53,101 bases of DNA from Tortispora ganteri (lineage: Eukaryota): positions 1-53,101 of the forward strand of contig PPNB01000039.1 in the NCBI GenBank assembly GCA_003707115.1, read 5' to 3'. The translations under genes were made by a program, and so were the position numbers. Shown here one piece after another: positions 50,854 to 53,101 of this stretch. The notes beneath the pieces are model-generated. The model was not told the origin of the DNA. It saw only the letters and a list, made by a program, of their open reading frames with translations, and ran no database searches. How positions within the stretch are numbered: position 1 is the stretch's first letter; each line of letters begins with the position of its first letter.

Positions 50854-52713
50854 ATGCATACTGTAACTGATATCAAGACATTTCTCTGTGAACCTCCGGT
50901 AGAAACAACTACCGTTTACGGTCGCGTTTATTCAACCAGTTCGGGTGTCGTGACAGCTTACGACGCTAATTGTGATAAGGAAGTCATATCAACTGATGGC
51001 TGGTATTGTTGTCAATGTGTACCCACTGTTATCAGCTATGTCCCCTGTCCTGACGACTACAGTCATTATGTATGGGGATTTTACGAGAGAATCGACATTT
51101 CTGTGAGTGTGAATATTGATATCAGTATAGAAGTCCCTGTAGTAGTGACCGTCGTCACTTCTACAATTGGTTCAACTGATACAATTGTGCCCCCTAGTAC
51201 TACAACTAGTACTACAACTAGTGTACCCACTAGTACTACAACAAGTACTACAAGTACAACACAATCATTTGATTCAGACCTGTGTGTTTCTATTCCACCA
51301 TACACTGCTGGTGTGGTATATGCTGCTGCATATTATACCGATTATAGAGATTTTGAATATATCGCTAATGGTGAGTATCGAGCAGTTGAATCTACCCCTA
51401 TTGATACATCAATCGAAAGTTTTGGAATACTTGTCGAACAAATGCTTTATCAACCTTTAATCGAAGTAATGTTTTATGCGAGTGGTACATTTGAGATTTC
51501 ACAGCTTCTTTCCACTGTTGAAACCTCATATGGATATATATTTATTGGCCAATCTGCAATGTCATGCAATGATATAAAAGAGATTGGTTCTGGAGGGCAA
51601 GTATATCAAGGAAACTTGAACGGCGGTTGGAATATTACCCTGAATTTCACCGGTCAATGGTATCCGATAAGAATAGTTGTTGTACATCCTATTGAGGCTG
51701 GTAGAAAACGGCAAGCTGGACAACTGTTTGTTGACATGACTGGCCAATATGATATCGTTGGTGAATTAGCACAGAGTTCTACAGGCTCAGTTAGCTCAGT
51801 GAATCCTAAACCTTCATTTAGCTCCTTTAGTCATGTTAGTTCTCATTCTATATCAAGTTCAACGGACTCATCTATCTATGTGAACTCGGCTAAATCAAGC
51901 AGCTTGGTTACTCATACTACTTCGCTTAGTCTTACAAGTTCTGTTAGCTCAGAGGTATTGAGTTCTTCTTATTCTGAGATCTCATCTAGCTCTGAAAGTT
52001 CAGATGTTTCTAGTACTGCTAGCTCTGATATATCTAGCATTTCTAGCCCTATTACATCTAGCATCCCTAGCTCTGAAAGCTCTGCTGTCTCTAGCTCTGA
52101 AAGTTCTGCTGTCTCTAGTTCTGAAAGTTCTGCTGTCTCTAGTTCGGAAAGCTCATCTAGCATCACTAGTGTTTTTAGCTCTTTTGAAACTGTTGATGTC
52201 TATTGCACTTCACAACCATCAGGAATTCTCGAGAGTTATCGTGCTGATATATATACAGACGTGAAGATCAGCTCATATTCAGCAGAAGAGATTGCAAACG
52301 GAATCTACAGAGAGAACAAGAGAACTATACGAAGGACTTCGCTGGTCATGTCCGATGAATTAGAGGTAACGTACGACGCTCCAAGTTTGATAGAGTTGAC
52401 AGTTTACGTGAAAGGCCAGAACGTGTTGTCGCATATAACTGAAGATTCTGGCTATATGCTGCCTGATTCGTACTACCTCTTTGTCGGAACTAATGCTATG
52501 ACATGTACAAACATGCAAAGTATTGGCACTGAAGGGTACAATGCGTCTAATCCTGGCCGTAGCGATACCTGGTCTCTTAACCTCGCTCTTGTTCAAGCGG
52601 ATGGGTGGTATCCGATACGTGTTGTAGCCTCTCCGCAGATTTCTACTCTCGGTAATGTAGCGTTCTCTGTGAAGTTTGACTCGAAAATCTATGCGATGAT
52701 TATTCCTGTCTAG
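50854..52713 (+). CDS. Adhesin-like Ser/Thr-rich protein with two PA14/GLEYA-like domains; N-terminus uncertain
   Basis: Internal duplication (IANG.YR, LIE, YxFxG..AM.C, W, G.WYPIR.V), Thr-rich and Ser-rich linkers, Cys-rich N-terminal segment. Confidence 0.7.
   Translation: MHTVTDIKTFLCEPPVETTTVYGRVYSTSSGVVTAYDANCDKEVISTDGWYCCQCVPTVISYVPCPDDYSHYVWGFYERIDISVSVNIDISIEVPVVVTVVTSTIGSTDTIVPPSTTTSTTTSVPTSTTTSTTSTTQSFDSDLCVSIPPYTAGVVYAAAYYTDYRDFEYIANGEYRAVESTPIDTSIESFGILVEQMLYQPLIEVMFYASGTFEISQLLSTVETSYGYIFIGQSAMSCNDIKEIGSGGQVYQGNLNGGWNITLNFTGQWYPIRIVVVHPIEAGRKRQAGQLFVDMTGQYDIVGELAQSSTGSVSSVNPKPSFSSFSHVSSHSISSSTDSSIYVNSAKSSSLVTHTTSLSLTSSVSSEVLSSSYSEISSSSESSDVSSTASSDISSISSPITSSIPSSESSAVSSSESSAVSSSESSAVSSSESSSSITSVFSSFETVDVYCTSQPSGILESYRADIYTDVKISSYSAEEIANGIYRENKRTIRRTSLVMSDELEVTYDAPSLIELTVYVKGQNVLSHITEDSGYMLPDSYYLFVGTNAMTCTNMQSIGTEGYNASNPGRSDTWSLNLALVQADGWYPIRVVASPQISTLGNVAFSVKFDSKIYAMIIPV
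51194..51260 (+). repeat. Degenerate 12-bp coding repeats (STTT)
   Basis: Repeated ctagtactacaa units. Confidence 0.75.
52067..52154 (+). repeat. 24-bp coding minisatellite (SSSESSAV), about 3.7 copies
   Basis: ctag(c/t)tctgaaag(c/t)tctgctgtct units starting at 52067, 52091 and 52115, with a partial unit at 52139. Confidence 0.9.
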
Positions 52714-52996
52714 AGCAAAGGTATTTTAGTAGTTGGTGGATTATTGTGTCGGAATATGTCCCCATAGTACGTTAAGAAGTATATTATAGTTATATTATAT
52801 AGTATTGATTCAGTAAAATCGGACTTTTGCGTAGCTCGTCAAATTGTACCATACGGCCAATCATATATAATTAGTGTATTTCTTGTACAGCTTTTATCGC
52901 TTTTCCGCGTAATGAACTAGATAAATTGCAATCTTTTGGTGTTTTATTAGTTAATAGTTAGGATCTTTACAATTTGGGAACCTTCTTGTGATTACC

Positions 52997-53101
52997 ATGA
53001 ACGGTCAAAAAGACGAACTTTTTCGTTCTGTTGAGGATCCCGAGAAGAAAATACTATTACACCAAAGCCTTCAAGATGAATTATCTGAAGAATTATTAAA
53101 G
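52997..53101 (+). CDS. Possible 5' part of a gene running off the window end
   Basis: ATG at 52997 opens MNGQKDELFRSVEDPEKKILLHQSLQDELSEELLK with no stop before the edge. Confidence 0.4.
   Translation, partial: MNGQKDELFRSVEDPEKKILLHQSLQDELSEELLK

Overview
Gene-dense fungal nuclear DNA, most consistent with a compact, early-diverging budding yeast (Saccharomycotina). That placement is an inference from very short GT-AG introns, CTG read as Leu in a conserved motif, a Tay1/Teb1-type Myb protein, a mitochondrial acyl-CoA dehydrogenase and a Homol-D box. About 33 protein-coding genes are present: STE11, PEP3/VPS18, an F-box protein, SHE10-like, SST2-like, two PSG1-family paralogs, PEX5, MNN10, GLY1 (1 intron), an ACADSB-type dehydrogenase, a PPR protein, a GH47/MNS1-like protein, RPS28, an ER cyclophilin, RRP9, a small roadblock/LAMTOR5-like protein, a fasciclin protein, GAD1, MBA1, ELP6, TAY1, CAB1, MRP2, EMP65, CTP1, HOS2, RRP41/SKI6 (2 introns), a DUF202 protein, a tandem PA14/GLEYA-like protein and several orphans. 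I found no tRNA, rRNA, CRISPR array or intact transposon. The main leads are a GH47 mannosidase homolog that has lost nearly all catalytic and Ca-binding residues, a paired RFX X-box element upstream of TAY1, an adhesin-like protein with two degenerate lectin domains, a LAMTOR5-like micro-protein, and Homol-D/TTAGGG-type promoter elements. All gene calls come from motif recognition by eye; no database search was run.
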